A stretch of DNA of 64,000 bases. Source: an uncultured Nitrospiraceae bacterium (GTDB lineage: Bacteria; Nitrospirota; Thermodesulfovibrionia; Thermodesulfovibrionales; SM23-35). Both the position numbers and the translations under genes were made by a program. Under the pieces are notes generated by a model. It worked only from the letters and a program-made list of their open reading frames with translations, was not told the origin of the DNA and made no database searches. How positions within the stretch are numbered: the stretch's first letter is position 1; each line of letters starts with the position of its first letter. The DNA is taken from contig CAVSHB010000001.1 of the NCBI GenBank assembly GCA_963727775.1, positions 960,001 to 1,024,000 of the forward strand, given 5' to 3'. This document shows, piece by piece, positions 41,148-52,324 of the stretch.

Positions 41148-41728
41148 GAAGAATAATTTTAATTTTTTTACTGCTGATGCTTTGTCCTGTTTATGCAGGA
41201 GCGGAATATAATATCTACCTTAAGAACGGTTCCGTCATATCGGGTGTACGCTCATACGAAGCATCCGACGAAGAAGTTGCCGTTTATTTTGGGGCAGGTT
41301 CAATGACGATATCCAAAAAAGATATTTTGAAGATCGAAGGGAGCGAAGCTCCCGATAAAGATATCCGGACGGAAGACACAGGGAAAAAGCAGGCGCAACC
41401 GGAAAAACAGGATACGCCCGCAAACATGGCGGCCCCATCCCGGGGCGCAGAGAACAAGAGTGATCGGCTGAATACGTTGAGGTCTGAAATAGATACGCTT
41501 AATTCGGAGATTGCAGCCGTAAATGAACAGGAGAAACGGCTGGTTACAGAGATAAATGAAAGAATCGGTAGGAGGTCTAATTATGACACTATGCAGCTCA
41601 GACTGTTGGAAAAGGATCTGGAGCCGTTGCGCCGGGAGTTGTCCGGAGTACAGCAGAAGAAACAGGGACTTATGCAGAGAAAATCCGCACTTGAAGCTGA
41701 ACTCAGACCACCGGAGCAAAAAGAATGA
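41144..41728 (+). CDS. Exported hypothetical protein with C-terminal coiled coil
   Basis: Signal peptide, IYLKNG..I.G motif, heptad-rich tail; ATGA overlap with uvrC. Confidence 0.7.
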   Translation: MRRIILIFLLLMLCPVYAGAEYNIYLKNGSVISGVRSYEASDEEVAVYFGAGSMTISKKDILKIEGSEAPDKDIRTEDTGKKQAQPEKQDTPANMAAPSRGAENKSDRLNTLRSEIDTLNSEIAAVNEQEKRLVTEINERIGRRSNYDTMQLRLLEKDLEPLRRELSGVQQKKQGLMQRKSALEAELRPPEQKE

Positions 41729-41774
41729 AGATGTGGTTCTCTTGTAATAATTTATTGCTGGGCGAGGAGATATC

Positions 41775-42707
41775 GTGAACATATATATTTCAGGTTCTAT
41801 GGCGTATGACAGGATTATGGACTTCCCCGGAAAGTTTTCAGACCACATCCTTCCGGACAAGATACACATACTGAATGTCTGTTTTAATGTGAACGGGATG
41901 TATGAAAAATTTGGAGGTACGGCGGGAAATATAGCATATTCACTCAGCCTTCTGAACGAACGCCCGCGTATTATTGCTACGATAGGCAAGGACTATCATA
42001 ATTATTTTGATTGGCTGAATAAGAACAATATACCTGTAGACGGTATCAGGATCATTCAAGAAGAACTTACCGCCGGGGCGTATATAACAACTGATATGTC
42101 GGATAATCAGATAACCGGGTTTAATCCCGGAGCAATGAAATATCCTTCAAAGTACAGGTTTGCTGATGAAGTTTCTGAAAACGCAATCGGCCTTATAGCC
42201 CCGGGAAACATCCAGGATATGATCGAATATGCAGATACATGGCGGAATAAAGGCCTACAGTATATCTGTGATCCGGGACAGTCCCTCTCAAAATGGGAAG
42301 GGAAAGCCATGAGGGATTGGATCAAAGGCTCGAGGCTTCTGATATCCAACGATTATGAGCTTGAGATGATTATGAAGATGACCGGCCTGGATAAAAAAGG
42401 GCTCTTGGGTCTTACAAAGACAATCATCACGACACTTGCTGAAAAAGGGTCTTTGATAAGCGCTTTAGGGTTTGAAGTTCACGTTCCCGCATCAGGGGTC
42501 CAGAATGTTAAAGATCCGACAGGCGCGGGCGATGCTTACAGGGCCGGACTGATCAAGGGGATTGTTATGGGAAAGGGTCTTGAGACTGCTGCGAAGATCG
42601 GGACGGTCGCGGCTGCATACGCGATAGAGAAATACGGGACCCAGGAGCATCGATATACATACGAAGAGTTTGTTGAAAGATACAGGTCCAATTTCGGTGA
42701 ATTATAA
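41775..42707 (+). CDS. PfkB-family carbohydrate/nucleoside kinase
   Basis: GSMAYD, GGTAGNIAY, DPTGAGDAYRAG. Confidence 0.9.
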   Translation: MNIYISGSMAYDRIMDFPGKFSDHILPDKIHILNVCFNVNGMYEKFGGTAGNIAYSLSLLNERPRIIATIGKDYHNYFDWLNKNNIPVDGIRIIQEELTAGAYITTDMSDNQITGFNPGAMKYPSKYRFADEVSENAIGLIAPGNIQDMIEYADTWRNKGLQYICDPGQSLSKWEGKAMRDWIKGSRLLISNDYELEMIMKMTGLDKKGLLGLTKTIITTLAEKGSLISALGFEVHVPASGVQNVKDPTGAGDAYRAGLIKGIVMGKGLETAAKIGTVAAAYAIEKYGTQEHRYTYEEFVERYRSNFGEL

Positions 42708-42724
42708 ATTGTTGCGATCTTACC

Positions 42725-43846
42725 GTGATCAATGAAACAGCGCTAAAAGCCTACCTTCTTAACAGCTTCAGCGATGCTATCCAGGTGGATATCAATAAAC
42801 TTGGTTCAGGTGTACAGGGGTCCGGTTTTCTCGTTGATTTGAAAACATCGGCCGGTATCCGGTCGTATGTAGTAAAAACACTCCTTTCAGAAGGCCTGGG
42901 ACATGATTATCCTTCCGACAGGGCGTCGGTATTTCTTCTCGACCTGGATGAATACAAATACCTGCCGAGGCACGTTAAGGCGCTGGATGTGCTGTCCGAG
43001 ATGGAAGACGGTTCGATAAAGTCTGTCGGCGGGGGAAAAGAATATTACCTCTTGATGGAGAGGGCGGAGGGTAAACATTATTTCAATGACCTGACGGAAT
43101 TTTCAAGAAAAGACCGCCTTAATGATACAGATATCAACAGGATAAAAAAGATGGCCTCATATCTTGCCGATATACACGCAATTAAGAAGGATTCCAAAGC
43201 GCTCTACTGGCGGAAGTTAAGGGACACGGTCGGCCATGGCGAATGCCTGATGGGGGTATTCGATACATACCCTGACGGAACGCTTACCTATAAAGAAATG
43301 GCTGATATCATCAAAAAATCGGTTGATTGGTATGCGATGCTGAAACCGAGATACAATAGGTTGGCGCAGATACACGGGGATTTCCATCCGGGAAATATAT
43401 GGTTTAAAGAAGCATGCAAACAGGGGTCGGTAGGCAGCAGTCAGGAGATTTCATCCGATTTGTCCTCCTCCGGCAATGGAGAGACTGGAGAGGCGGATTT
43501 TATTCTCCTTGACAGGAGCAGGGGGCCGTGGGGTGAGCCGGCAGATGACATTACCGCACTTGCAATAAATTATATATTTTTCTCAATAAAGAACTACGGA
43601 GATGTAAGAGGGACATATCTTGAAGGGTTGAATTTGTTTTTTTATGAATACATTAAGGCTTCGGGAGATAAAGCTCTGACAGAAGTTGTTGCGCCTTTCT
43701 TTGCATTCAGAGGCGTCGTTGTTGCAAACCCGGTTTTTTATCCTGAACTTACATCGGAACAGAGAAGGCTTATTTTCCGGTTTGTCAATAATGTTCTTCA
43801 AGACGACAGTTTCAAACTCAACAGGATAAATGATTATTTGAAGTGA
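42725..43846 (+). CDS. APH/choline kinase-like phosphotransferase
   Basis: HGDFHPGNI and LLDRSRG motifs. Confidence 0.8.
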   Translation: MINETALKAYLLNSFSDAIQVDINKLGSGVQGSGFLVDLKTSAGIRSYVVKTLLSEGLGHDYPSDRASVFLLDLDEYKYLPRHVKALDVLSEMEDGSIKSVGGGKEYYLLMERAEGKHYFNDLTEFSRKDRLNDTDINRIKKMASYLADIHAIKKDSKALYWRKLRDTVGHGECLMGVFDTYPDGTLTYKEMADIIKKSVDWYAMLKPRYNRLAQIHGDFHPGNIWFKEACKQGSVGSSQEISSDLSSSGNGETGEADFILLDRSRGPWGEPADDITALAINYIFFSIKNYGDVRGTYLEGLNLFFYEYIKASGDKALTEVVAPFFAFRGVVVANPVFYPELTSEQRRLIFRFVNNVLQDDSFKLNRINDYLK

Positions 43847-44032
43847 GCACCGGCGGCAGTCTATGTGCCGGAAATATTTTTGAAATTACAAAAATTCTTC
43901 AGGCGCATGAGCATGGAACCCTTCAAGTGAAAACAAGAGGAACTGGATAATGTTAGATACAGTAGCCAACGGATCAAGTTGGCCGGTATATCGAGCCCAG
44001 TGCAAGGATAGTGGCCTTTAGCGACCTCGCTC

Positions 44033-45481
44033 TCACGCGCCCCCACCCAGCACTTTATAGAGTGTCACCAAATTGGTGAGACGGGAGAGACGAACCTCGA
44101 CCAGACCCTGTTGCGCACTGTAAAGTGAGCGTTGCGAATCCAGGACATTCAGGTAGCTTGCTATACCTTTTTCGTAGCGTGCTCGCGATAAGCGATAGCT
44201 CGCCGCCGTTGCATCCGTCAGAGACTGATGAGCTTCCAGTTGATTGCCAAGGGTGCCATGCTGCGCAAGGGCATCGGCTACTTCCCTGAACGCGCCCTGG
44301 ATGGTCTTCTCATATTGGGCCAGGAAGATTTCACGATCGTCTTCACTCACTTTCAGGTTGGCCCGGTTTCGCCCCGCATCGAAAATCGGCAGGGTAATTT
44401 GAGGAGCAAAGCTCCATGCCCGGGATGAGCCATTGAAGAGTCCAGATAGCTGCTCGCTCGAAATACCGATGCTCGTCGTGAGGGTGATGCTCGGGAAAAA
44501 AGCAGCACGTGCCGCGCCTATGTTGGCATTGGCGGCCTTGAGCAGGTGTTCTGCCTGCATGATGTCTGGACGTCGCTGCAGCACCTCAGACGGCAACCCT
44601 GCACTGAGTTCTTTGAGTGCTGTAATATCACTAAGCCCGGAAGGCAGAAGATCCGCTGGGACCGGCACGCCAATAACGCGCGCTATCGCGTTTTCGTCCT
44701 GGGCCACCTGGCTAGTGAAGCGGGCGATGTCCACCCGCGCTGACTCAACGCTGGTCTGGGCCTGACGGAGATCAAGCTCAGAGGAGGCGCCGGCTTCAAA
44801 ACGGCGCTTGATGAGGTTATATGACGCCTGCTGGCTATCGAAAGTGTCATGCGCAATCTTCAGGTGCTCTTTATCGGCGGCCAGGGCAAGATAGCTGCTC
44901 GCGACCTCGGCCACCAGGCTGATCTGCACGCTGCGTCGCGCCTCTTCAGTGGCGAAAAATTCCTCGAGTGCCTGGTCCTTAAGACTTCTTACACGGCCGA
45001 AGAGATCGAGCTCGTAAGAGCTGAATCCGAGGTCGATGCTGTATTGATGAAGCGACAGTGACTGTGAAGTGCCGGAGACGCCAGCCGGCTCCCGCTGCAC
45101 CAGCACGCTACCGGCTGCAATAACCGTCGGAAAGAGATCGGCGCGCTGGATACGATACAGTGCCTGCGCCCTCTCGATATTGCGTGCGGCTATTCGAAGG
45201 TCGCGGTTGTTTTCAAGGGCAAGTGCAATCAGCTTTTGCAGCTGTTTATCCATAAAGAATTCTTGCCATGTGACGTCGGTAGCGCTTCGCTCGCCCATCT
45301 TGGCTGCGTTTTCTTTGTAGGCAGCGCCGCTAGGCCATTCGGTCGGAACCGGTGCTGTGGGGCGTGTATATTTTGGAGCCATGCTGGCACAGCTGGAGAA
45401 GACAAGCAACGTCATGGCAACGGCTCCTCCGCGTAGTCCTATTCTCTGATTTTCCTTTCGTCTCGATCTTATTGCATTACT
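44033..45481 (-). pseudogene. RND outer-membrane factor (OprM/NodT family) with start codon displaced by ISL3
   Basis: [31 protein letters not shown]; removing the IS restores ATG 46887 in frame. Confidence 0.8.
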
Positions 45482-45489
45482 AAATATTT

Positions 45490-46875
45490 GGGTTCATTCG
45501 TAGAAAAGTTGAAATCAGAGTGAAAGGGTAGGAAGAGTAAGAACAGTAGCCAAGAAAGAGAGATGCATCGAATTTCTGCCGTAGCTGGTATAGTTTTGTT
45601 GCGAAGACAAAACACGACCAAGGAGAAATTCGATGCAATTAGATAGTGTCACGGAACTGCTGGGAATTGCAAACTTTAAAGTGGCTTATATGGTACGTCA
45701 CAGGGAAAGCAGGATAGATTTGGTATTAAGACGTATAGAGGAAAAGCCCTGTGTCTGCTCAGGATGCGGGAAAGTACACCATAGCCCTGTTCACAGCATC
45801 GATACCATTATCGTAGAGGATCTGCCCATAAGCGGTAAGCGAGTGTTCCTGCATGTACCGAAGCGGAGATCGCTCTGTTATGAAGATGAAAGAATCAGGA
45901 CCGAAGAGCTTGCATGGCTGAGGGGGAGGGTCACCCTGAGATTTGCAGAACAAATCTATCGGCTGACTTCTATCACTACAAACAAGGAAGCTGGCTGGTT
46001 TCTGGGGTTGGATGACGAGAAGGTATATCGGATAGACAAAGGCATGCTTGAAGAACTATCGTTACAGCGACTTGAGAAGATTATACCTCCCCGGCATATG
46101 AGTGTTGATGAAGTAGCGTGGCAGAAGTGGCATAAGTACGTCACGAATGTTATCGATATCGATAAACGGAAGGTCATTTGGAATCACGAAGGCCGTGGCA
46201 AAACAGTCCTGGATAAGTTCTATCGAAAGATAGGCAAGAAGGGATGCGGCAAAATACAGGCTGTAGCCAGTGATGGCGCCCGAGGGTTTCTGTCATCCTC
46301 AAAAGAGCATCTGAAAAAGGCCCTGATCGTACTGGACCATTTTCACGTAAAGAAGTATCTTAACGACGCGGTTGATACTGTCAGGAAAGAGGAACTGAGG
46401 AAGGCCCGGCAACAGGAGAATGAAGAGGTGACTGCAATCCTGCATTGCAACAAGCGATTTATCCTGATGCAGAACACGGTGACGGATAAGAAAACAGATA
46501 TCCTGAAGAAGCTCGAATCGTTAAACGAAAGAGTCTATCAGGCAATGCTCCTCAAAGAACAGTTTCTCTCGGTTTATGCCGCAGGTAACCGGAAGGATGC
46601 CTATACGAATCTGAGGGCATGGATCGTGGCGGCAATAAAGTCCCGGATACCATCATTTGTTGAGCTTGGATACAAGTTCTTCAGGAAACGGCATTATGTC
46701 CTGAATTACTTTGTATGCAAAATAACGTCCGCCATATCGGAAGGAATCAATAATAAGATAAAGAGGTTAAAGCGCATGGCTTACGGCTACAGAAACGTCA
46801 ACTACTTCTTGCTCAAGATACATCAGCATTGCGGACTGCTAAGCCCTAAGCTTTCAACTTAAACACGAAAGAAGG
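45490..46875 (+). mobile_element. ISL3-family insertion sequence
   Basis: 8-bp direct repeat AAATATTT (45482-45489, 46876-46883); imperfect IRs containing TTCGT....AAGTTGAAA. Confidence 0.88.
45633..46862 (+). CDS. ISL3-family transposase
   Basis: CSGCG zinc finger, VDE, DHFHV, EGINNKIKRLKRMAYGYRN. Confidence 0.93.
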   Translation: MQLDSVTELLGIANFKVAYMVRHRESRIDLVLRRIEEKPCVCSGCGKVHHSPVHSIDTIIVEDLPISGKRVFLHVPKRRSLCYEDERIRTEELAWLRGRVTLRFAEQIYRLTSITTNKEAGWFLGLDDEKVYRIDKGMLEELSLQRLEKIIPPRHMSVDEVAWQKWHKYVTNVIDIDKRKVIWNHEGRGKTVLDKFYRKIGKKGCGKIQAVASDGARGFLSSSKEHLKKALIVLDHFHVKKYLNDAVDTVRKEELRKARQQENEEVTAILHCNKRFILMQNTVTDKKTDILKKLESLNERVYQAMLLKEQFLSVYAAGNRKDAYTNLRAWIVAAIKSRIPSFVELGYKFFRKRHYVLNYFVCKITSAISEGINNKIKRLKRMAYGYRNVNYFLLKIHQHCGLLSPKLST

Positions 46876-46888
46876 AAATATTTTCATA

Positions 46889-49800
46889 TCACTGTTCCTC
46901 CGCAGGAGTAGCAAGAGCAGGTGCAGCCGCCGGCTGTTTGTATTTTTTCCAGCCGAAGATCCTCGACACCATCACAAAGAAAAACGGAATGAAGAACAAG
47001 TCGATGAAAGTGGCCGAGAGCAACCCGCCGGTGACTGCTGTGCCGATGGCGTTCTGGGCACCCGCTCCTGCTCCACGAGTCAAGGCCAGCGGCAACGTGC
47101 CAAAGAAGAAGGCCATCGAGGTCATAATTACCGGACGCAGCCTTATCTTCACCGCGGCGAGGGTGGCCTCAATCAGCTCGTGGCCCTCGTGCAACTGCGC
47201 CTTAATGAACTGGATGATCAGTATGGCGTTCTTGGTGGAAAGCCCGACCGTCGTAAGCAGTCCTATCTGGAGATAAACATCATTGGGCAGACCACGCAGA
47301 GTAACCATCGTAACCGCTCCCACTAAGCCCAACGGCAGCATCAACAGGTTGACGAATGGAATAGTCCAGCTCTCGTACAGTGCCGCTACGGCGAGAAACA
47401 CCACCAGGAGTGAGATAGCATAAAGGGCCGGGGCCTGTTTTCCCGCCTTCTTTTCCTCATAGGAAAGGCCGGTCCACTCGTAACCGATGCCGAGCGGAAG
47501 CTGCGCAGCCATCTTTTCCATCTCTGCCATCGCCTCACCGGTGCTCACGCCGGGGGCTGCCTGTCCCATTATCTCCACTGAGGGAATCCCGTTATACCTT
47601 TCCAACCGGGGCGAACCGTATTCCCATCGTGCCGTAGAAAAGGCCGAAAACGGCACCATATCTCCGTTCTTGTTGGTAACATACCAGCCGTTGATATCCT
47701 CCGGCAGCATCCGATACCTGGCATCGGACTGGAGATATACCTTCTTCACCCGGCCGTTCTGGATGAAATCATTGACGTAGGAGCTCCCCCAGGCGGTGGA
47801 CAGCACATTGTTGATATCAGCCAAAGAGACCCCCAGGGCGCCGGCTCGCACGTCATCGATGTCGAGCTTGAACTGAGGAGCGTCGTCCTGACCGTTGGGG
47901 CGGACAGCAATCAGCTTTTTGTCCTGCATCGCCATCCCCAGGAGCTGGTTGCGCGCTCCCATCAGCGCCTGATGTCCCAAGCCCCCGCGGTCCTGTAATT
48001 GGAAGTCGAAGCCGTTCGCCACCCCCAGTTCCAGCACCGCCGGCGGGACAAAGGCGAAGGCGAGTCCGTCCCGGATCCGGGAGAATGCCTTCATCGCCCG
48101 GCCAGCGATAGCAGGCGCCTTCAGGTCCGGTGAATTGCGCAGCTTCCAATCCTTGAGTTTCACCCAAGCAAGTCCCATGTTCTGGCCGCGACCGGCAAAG
48201 CTGAACCCCGCTACGGTGATGATACCCTCCACCGTTTTGGTCTCGTTCTCCAGGAAGTGCCGTTCTATCTGCCGTATCGCTTGGATGGTCCGCTCCTGTG
48301 TGGCTCCGGCCGGGAGCTGGAGCTGGCAGAGGAGGAACCCCTGGTCCTCGTCAGGTAGGAACGAGGTCGGAAGGTGGAGGAAGAGCCAGGCCATGACCAC
48401 GACGATGGCGCCGTATACTACCAGGTAGCGGACCGGCTTCCCAAAGGAACGGCCGACAATTGACTCATATTTACCCCTTCCGCGGTCGAACCATTTGTTG
48501 AACAAACGGAAAAACCCCTTGAACCACCCGGATTCCCCATGCTTGTGCCCCTTTGCCACCGGTTTCAGCAGCATGCCGCACAGGGCCGGAGTCAGGATCA
48601 TTGCCACGAAGACCGACAGGATCATCGCTGAGATGATGGTGATCGAGAACTGGCGGTATATAACACCGGTGGAGCCGCTGAAGAAGGCCATCGGCAGAAA
48701 GACCGCTGTCAGGACGGTGGCGATGCCCCATAGAGCGCTGGTGATCTGCCCCATGGACTTGATGGTCGCGTCGTGCGGCGACAGTCCTTCCTCGGACATG
48801 ATCCGTTCAACGTTCTCGACGACGACGATGGCGTCATCCACCAAAAAAGGCCGATGACTATAACCAGGGCGAACATGGTTAGTGTGTTTATCGAAAAACC
48901 CGCGGCTGCCAGAACGCCCATTGTGCCCAAAAGCACTACCGGCACCGCGATGGTTGGGATCAAGGTGGCCCGGATGTTCTGGAGGAAAAGGAACATGACG
49001 ATGAAGACCAGGAAGACAGCCTCGACCAGGGTATCGACCACCTCCGCGATCGAGATCTTGACGAATGGAGTGGTGTCGTAAGGGTAGACGACTTTCATCC
49101 CGGGAGGGAAATATTTCGACAGCTCTGCCATCTTGGCCTTGACCCGTTCGCCGGTCTCCAGTGCGTTGGCTCCGGCTGCCAGCCGGATTGCCATGCCCCC
49201 GATGGGTTTTCCGTTGTAGTAAGACTGGATCTCGTAGTTCTCGGTGCCGATCCTGCTCTCGGACACATCCTTCAGCCGGACCGTCGACCCGTCGGGGTTG
49301 GTGCGCAGGATGATGACATCGAACTGGTCCGCTGTCTGGAGCAGAGACCGGGCGTTGATCGTGGCGTTCAACTGCTGGCCCTTGTTTGCAGGGACAGCGC
49401 CAAACTGGCTAGCCGAGACCTGGACATCCTGGGCCTGGAGTGCCGTGATCACGTCGTTGGTGGTGAGATGGTAATTGTTTAACTTGGCTGGGTCGAGCCA
49501 GATCCTCATAGCGTTCTGGGTTCCGAAGAGGAGCAACTCACCGACCCCGTCCAAACGGCTAATGATGTCCTGGAGATTCGAGACCATGTAGTCGGTCAGG
49601 GCGTTCCGGTCCATCGAGCCGTCCTCCGACACCAAACCAACGATCATCAGGTAGTTCCTGGTCGACTTGACTACCTGGATGCCCTGTCGCTGCACGATCT
49701 GCGGGAGGAGCGGCACAGCGAGCTGCAACTTGTTCTGCACCTGCACCTGGGCTATGTTTGGGTCGGTGCCGGCGCTAAAGGTCAGAGTGATGCTGACCGC

Positions 49801-50058
49801 TCCAGACGAGTCGCTGGTGGAGGCCATGTAGATCAGGTTGTCGATCCCGTTCAGCTTCTGTTCGATAACCTGGGTTACGGTATCCTGCACTGTCTGGGCC
49901 GAGGCCCCCGGGTATACGGCGTTGATGGCGATCTGCGGCGGAGCGATAGGAGGATACTGGGAGATCGGCAGCGTCTTGATCGCCAACAGACCGGCAAGCA
50001 TGATCATGATGGCGATCACGATTGCGAAGATCGGACGATTTATGAAGAATCTTGGCAC
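46889..50058 (-). pseudogene. acrB: AcrB/MexB-family RND permease, frameshifted
   Basis: The conserved [14 protein letters not shown] is split between ORFs 48709..50058 and 46889..48844 at an A6 run (48843-48848). Confidence 0.9.
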
Positions 50059-50070
50059 GAAGCGTCTCCT

Positions 50071-51294
50071 CTATCTCTTCGCTGCTGCTGCTTGCGGTGC
50101 ACCGGCAGGGCTTCCATCCGCCTTGCTGACGAACGAAACCGCCTTGACGGGCGTTCCAGGGCGGGCCTTCTGTATTCCTTCCAGGATGACACGGTCACCC
50201 GCCTTCAGTCCTTCACTGACCAGCCAGTTGTCGCCAATTGTCCGGGACACCTTGATGACCCGAGGCTCCACCTTTTCTTCAGCTCCTACCAACATAACCA
50301 TAGCGTTGCCGGCAGGGTCACGTGTGACCCCCCTCTGCGGAACAAGTATAGCCCGCTCACTAACACCTTCCTCCAGGATGGCGCGGACAAACATACCAGG
50401 CAAAAGGGTCTTCTTCGGGTTAGGGAAGATCGCCCGCATAGTGATAGAGCCGGTGCTCTGGTCCACAGTAACCTCTGAAAACTTCAGAGTGCCCGGCAAT
50501 GGATAGGCGCTGCCGTCCTCCAACAGCAGCTTGACATGCGCCTGGGCTGACCCGTTGCTTTTTAGCAAGCCGCTGGCCAGACTCTGCTTCAGACGCAGTA
50601 GTTCGGAGCTGGATTGGGTGACATCCACATAAATGGGGCTGAGTTCTTGGATGGTCGCAAGCGGTGCAGACTGGCTTGCGGTCACGAGAGCGCCGTTGGT
50701 CACTGATGAGCGGCCGATTCGCCCGGAGATGGGAGCAGTAACCTTGGTATAGGCCAGGTTAATCCGGGCGGTCTCGAGTGCTGCATTGCCGGCCTCTACA
50801 TCGGCCTCGGCCAGCTTGAGTGCCGCGCTTGCATCGTCATAGTCTTGCTGACTGACAGCGTTGATTTTAACCAGGTCCTTATATCGCTCGGCCTTAAGCC
50901 GGGCGGGAATAATATTGGCCTCAGCCCTGGCAAGCGCTGCCCTTGCACTATCGTAGGCCGCTTGGTAGATGGCAGGGTCGATCTGATATAGCACCTCTCC
51001 CGCTTTGACGTCCGCACCTTCAGTAAACAGACGTTTCTGTATGATGCCCCCTACCTGCGGCCGCACTTCAGCAATGAGGTAGGCAGAAGTCCGGCCAGCG
51101 AGTTCCGTTGTAAGCGCCACGCGTTGCGGCTTTATAGTGACGACTCCAACTTCGGGCGGCGTGTTCTGCCCCTTTGCGACTGCGGTGCTCTGTTTTCCGC
51201 ACCCTGTCAAAATTAGGTATACGGCCAAAATACCCATGCCAAGCATGAGTTTGCCTCTGCCATTGGTTTGCTTGTAAATCTCTGCGAATGTCAT
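50071..51294 (-). CDS. acrA: RND periplasmic adaptor lipoprotein (AcrA/MexA family)
   Basis: Lipobox LTGC, AEVRPQVGG, APISGRIG, LLPGMFV. Confidence 0.92.
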   Translation of the reverse strand: MTFAEIYKQTNGRGKLMLGMGILAVYLILTGCGKQSTAVAKGQNTPPEVGVVTIKPQRVALTTELAGRTSAYLIAEVRPQVGGIIQKRLFTEGADVKAGEVLYQIDPAIYQAAYDSARAALARAEANIIPARLKAERYKDLVKINAVSQQDYDDASAALKLAEADVEAGNAALETARINLAYTKVTAPISGRIGRSSVTNGALVTASQSAPLATIQELSPIYVDVTQSSSELLRLKQSLASGLLKSNGSAQAHVKLLLEDGSAYPLPGTLKFSEVTVDQSTGSITMRAIFPNPKKTLLPGMFVRAILEEGVSERAILVPQRGVTRDPAGNAMVMLVGAEEKVEPRVIKVSRTIGDNWLVSEGLKAGDRVILEGIQKARPGTPVKAVSFVSKADGSPAGAPQAAAAKR

Positions 51295-51393
51295 GTCAGG
51301 TTTCTCCTGTTTCTGAAAGATGTAACTAACCGGTAATTTATGTGATCTTCATTGATCATTTCTGCTTTCGGGTGATTAAGAGGCCTACGAAAA

Positions 51394-52002
51394 TTACTTC
51401 TGGTAACCTCTCAGCAATGCATCGACTAGTGAGCGGGCAATAACATCACTCCTCTTATTGAAAAAATCCGGCCGATATAAAAGCATTGTTACAAGCCCAT
51501 GAGATGCAGTTGCCAAGACGGGCGCAATCACGTCCTCATCGAGCTCCCGTAGTCGCCTTGCCTTAATGCAGTCCCGAATCATTTCCTTGAATACGAGATG
51601 GGTGTTTCGGGCCATCGATTCCTGTTCAATAAATTCACCCATTGTTCCATAAACACTCTTTGTAAAAAAAATTACCTTATATTGATTTGGGTGCTTCAGC
51701 CCAAACTCTATGAGATAGAGAAAAGCTTGACGAAGGGTCTCGATCGGATCTTGAGAAACCGATCTGATTCGCTTCAACTCAGCGAAAAAATGCGCGAAGA
51801 ACTCTTCACAAATGGCAAAGAGCAGATCATCTTTGTTCTTGAAATAGATATAAATCGTAGTCGGAGAGTAGTCTATTTTTTCGGCGAGTTTTCGCATAGA
51901 GAATCCATCGTACCCGTCATTTATGAATATCTCTCGGGCCGAATCTAGAATCTCCCTTCGAAACTCCTCTTTGCGCTTTGCCCGCTTTTCTATAACTCCC
52001 AT
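51394..52002 (-). CDS. TetR-family regulator
   Basis: ILDSAREIF..SMRKLA..YSPTTIYIYFKNKDDL; start placed at ATG 52002. Confidence 0.92.
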   Translation of the reverse strand: MGVIEKRAKRKEEFRREILDSAREIFINDGYDGFSMRKLAEKIDYSPTTIYIYFKNKDDLLFAICEEFFAHFFAELKRIRSVSQDPIETLRQAFLYLIEFGLKHPNQYKVIFFTKSVYGTMGEFIEQESMARNTHLVFKEMIRDCIKARRLRELDEDVIAPVLATASHGLVTMLLYRPDFFNKRSDVIARSLVDALLRGYQK

Positions 52003-52013
52003 CGATCTTATCC

Positions 52014-52072
52014 TAACATTGTTATGTTGTATTAACACTGTTAATTTAGCAAACCGGGCTGAGCTTTGTCAA
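52014..52072 (-). promoter_or_regulatory. tetR promoter with two palindromic operator candidates
   Basis: TTGACA-N18-TAAATT; palindromes ATTAACA-C-TGTTAAT (52031-52045) and TAACA-T-TGTTA (52014-52024). Confidence 0.7.
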
Positions 52073-52324
52073 CCTTGATTTCTATTCGAAGGACTCCCTG
52101 TGCTTCGATCTCGAAAGAGTTCAGTATCGGATAAATGTCTCAATGCGGGTCAATCATTACGAGATGAATTCCCCATTTGTTGTGAAACTGCTCGGCTATA
52201 GGGAGAATTTAACGTCAGCGCCGATTTCCCGATTCTGAGGAGTAGAAACGGTACTACTCAGATCTCAAGAAGTGAAGCGCGCGTTGATTACAAGGAAGGA
52301 ATTGATCATCTTGCGATATTGAAA

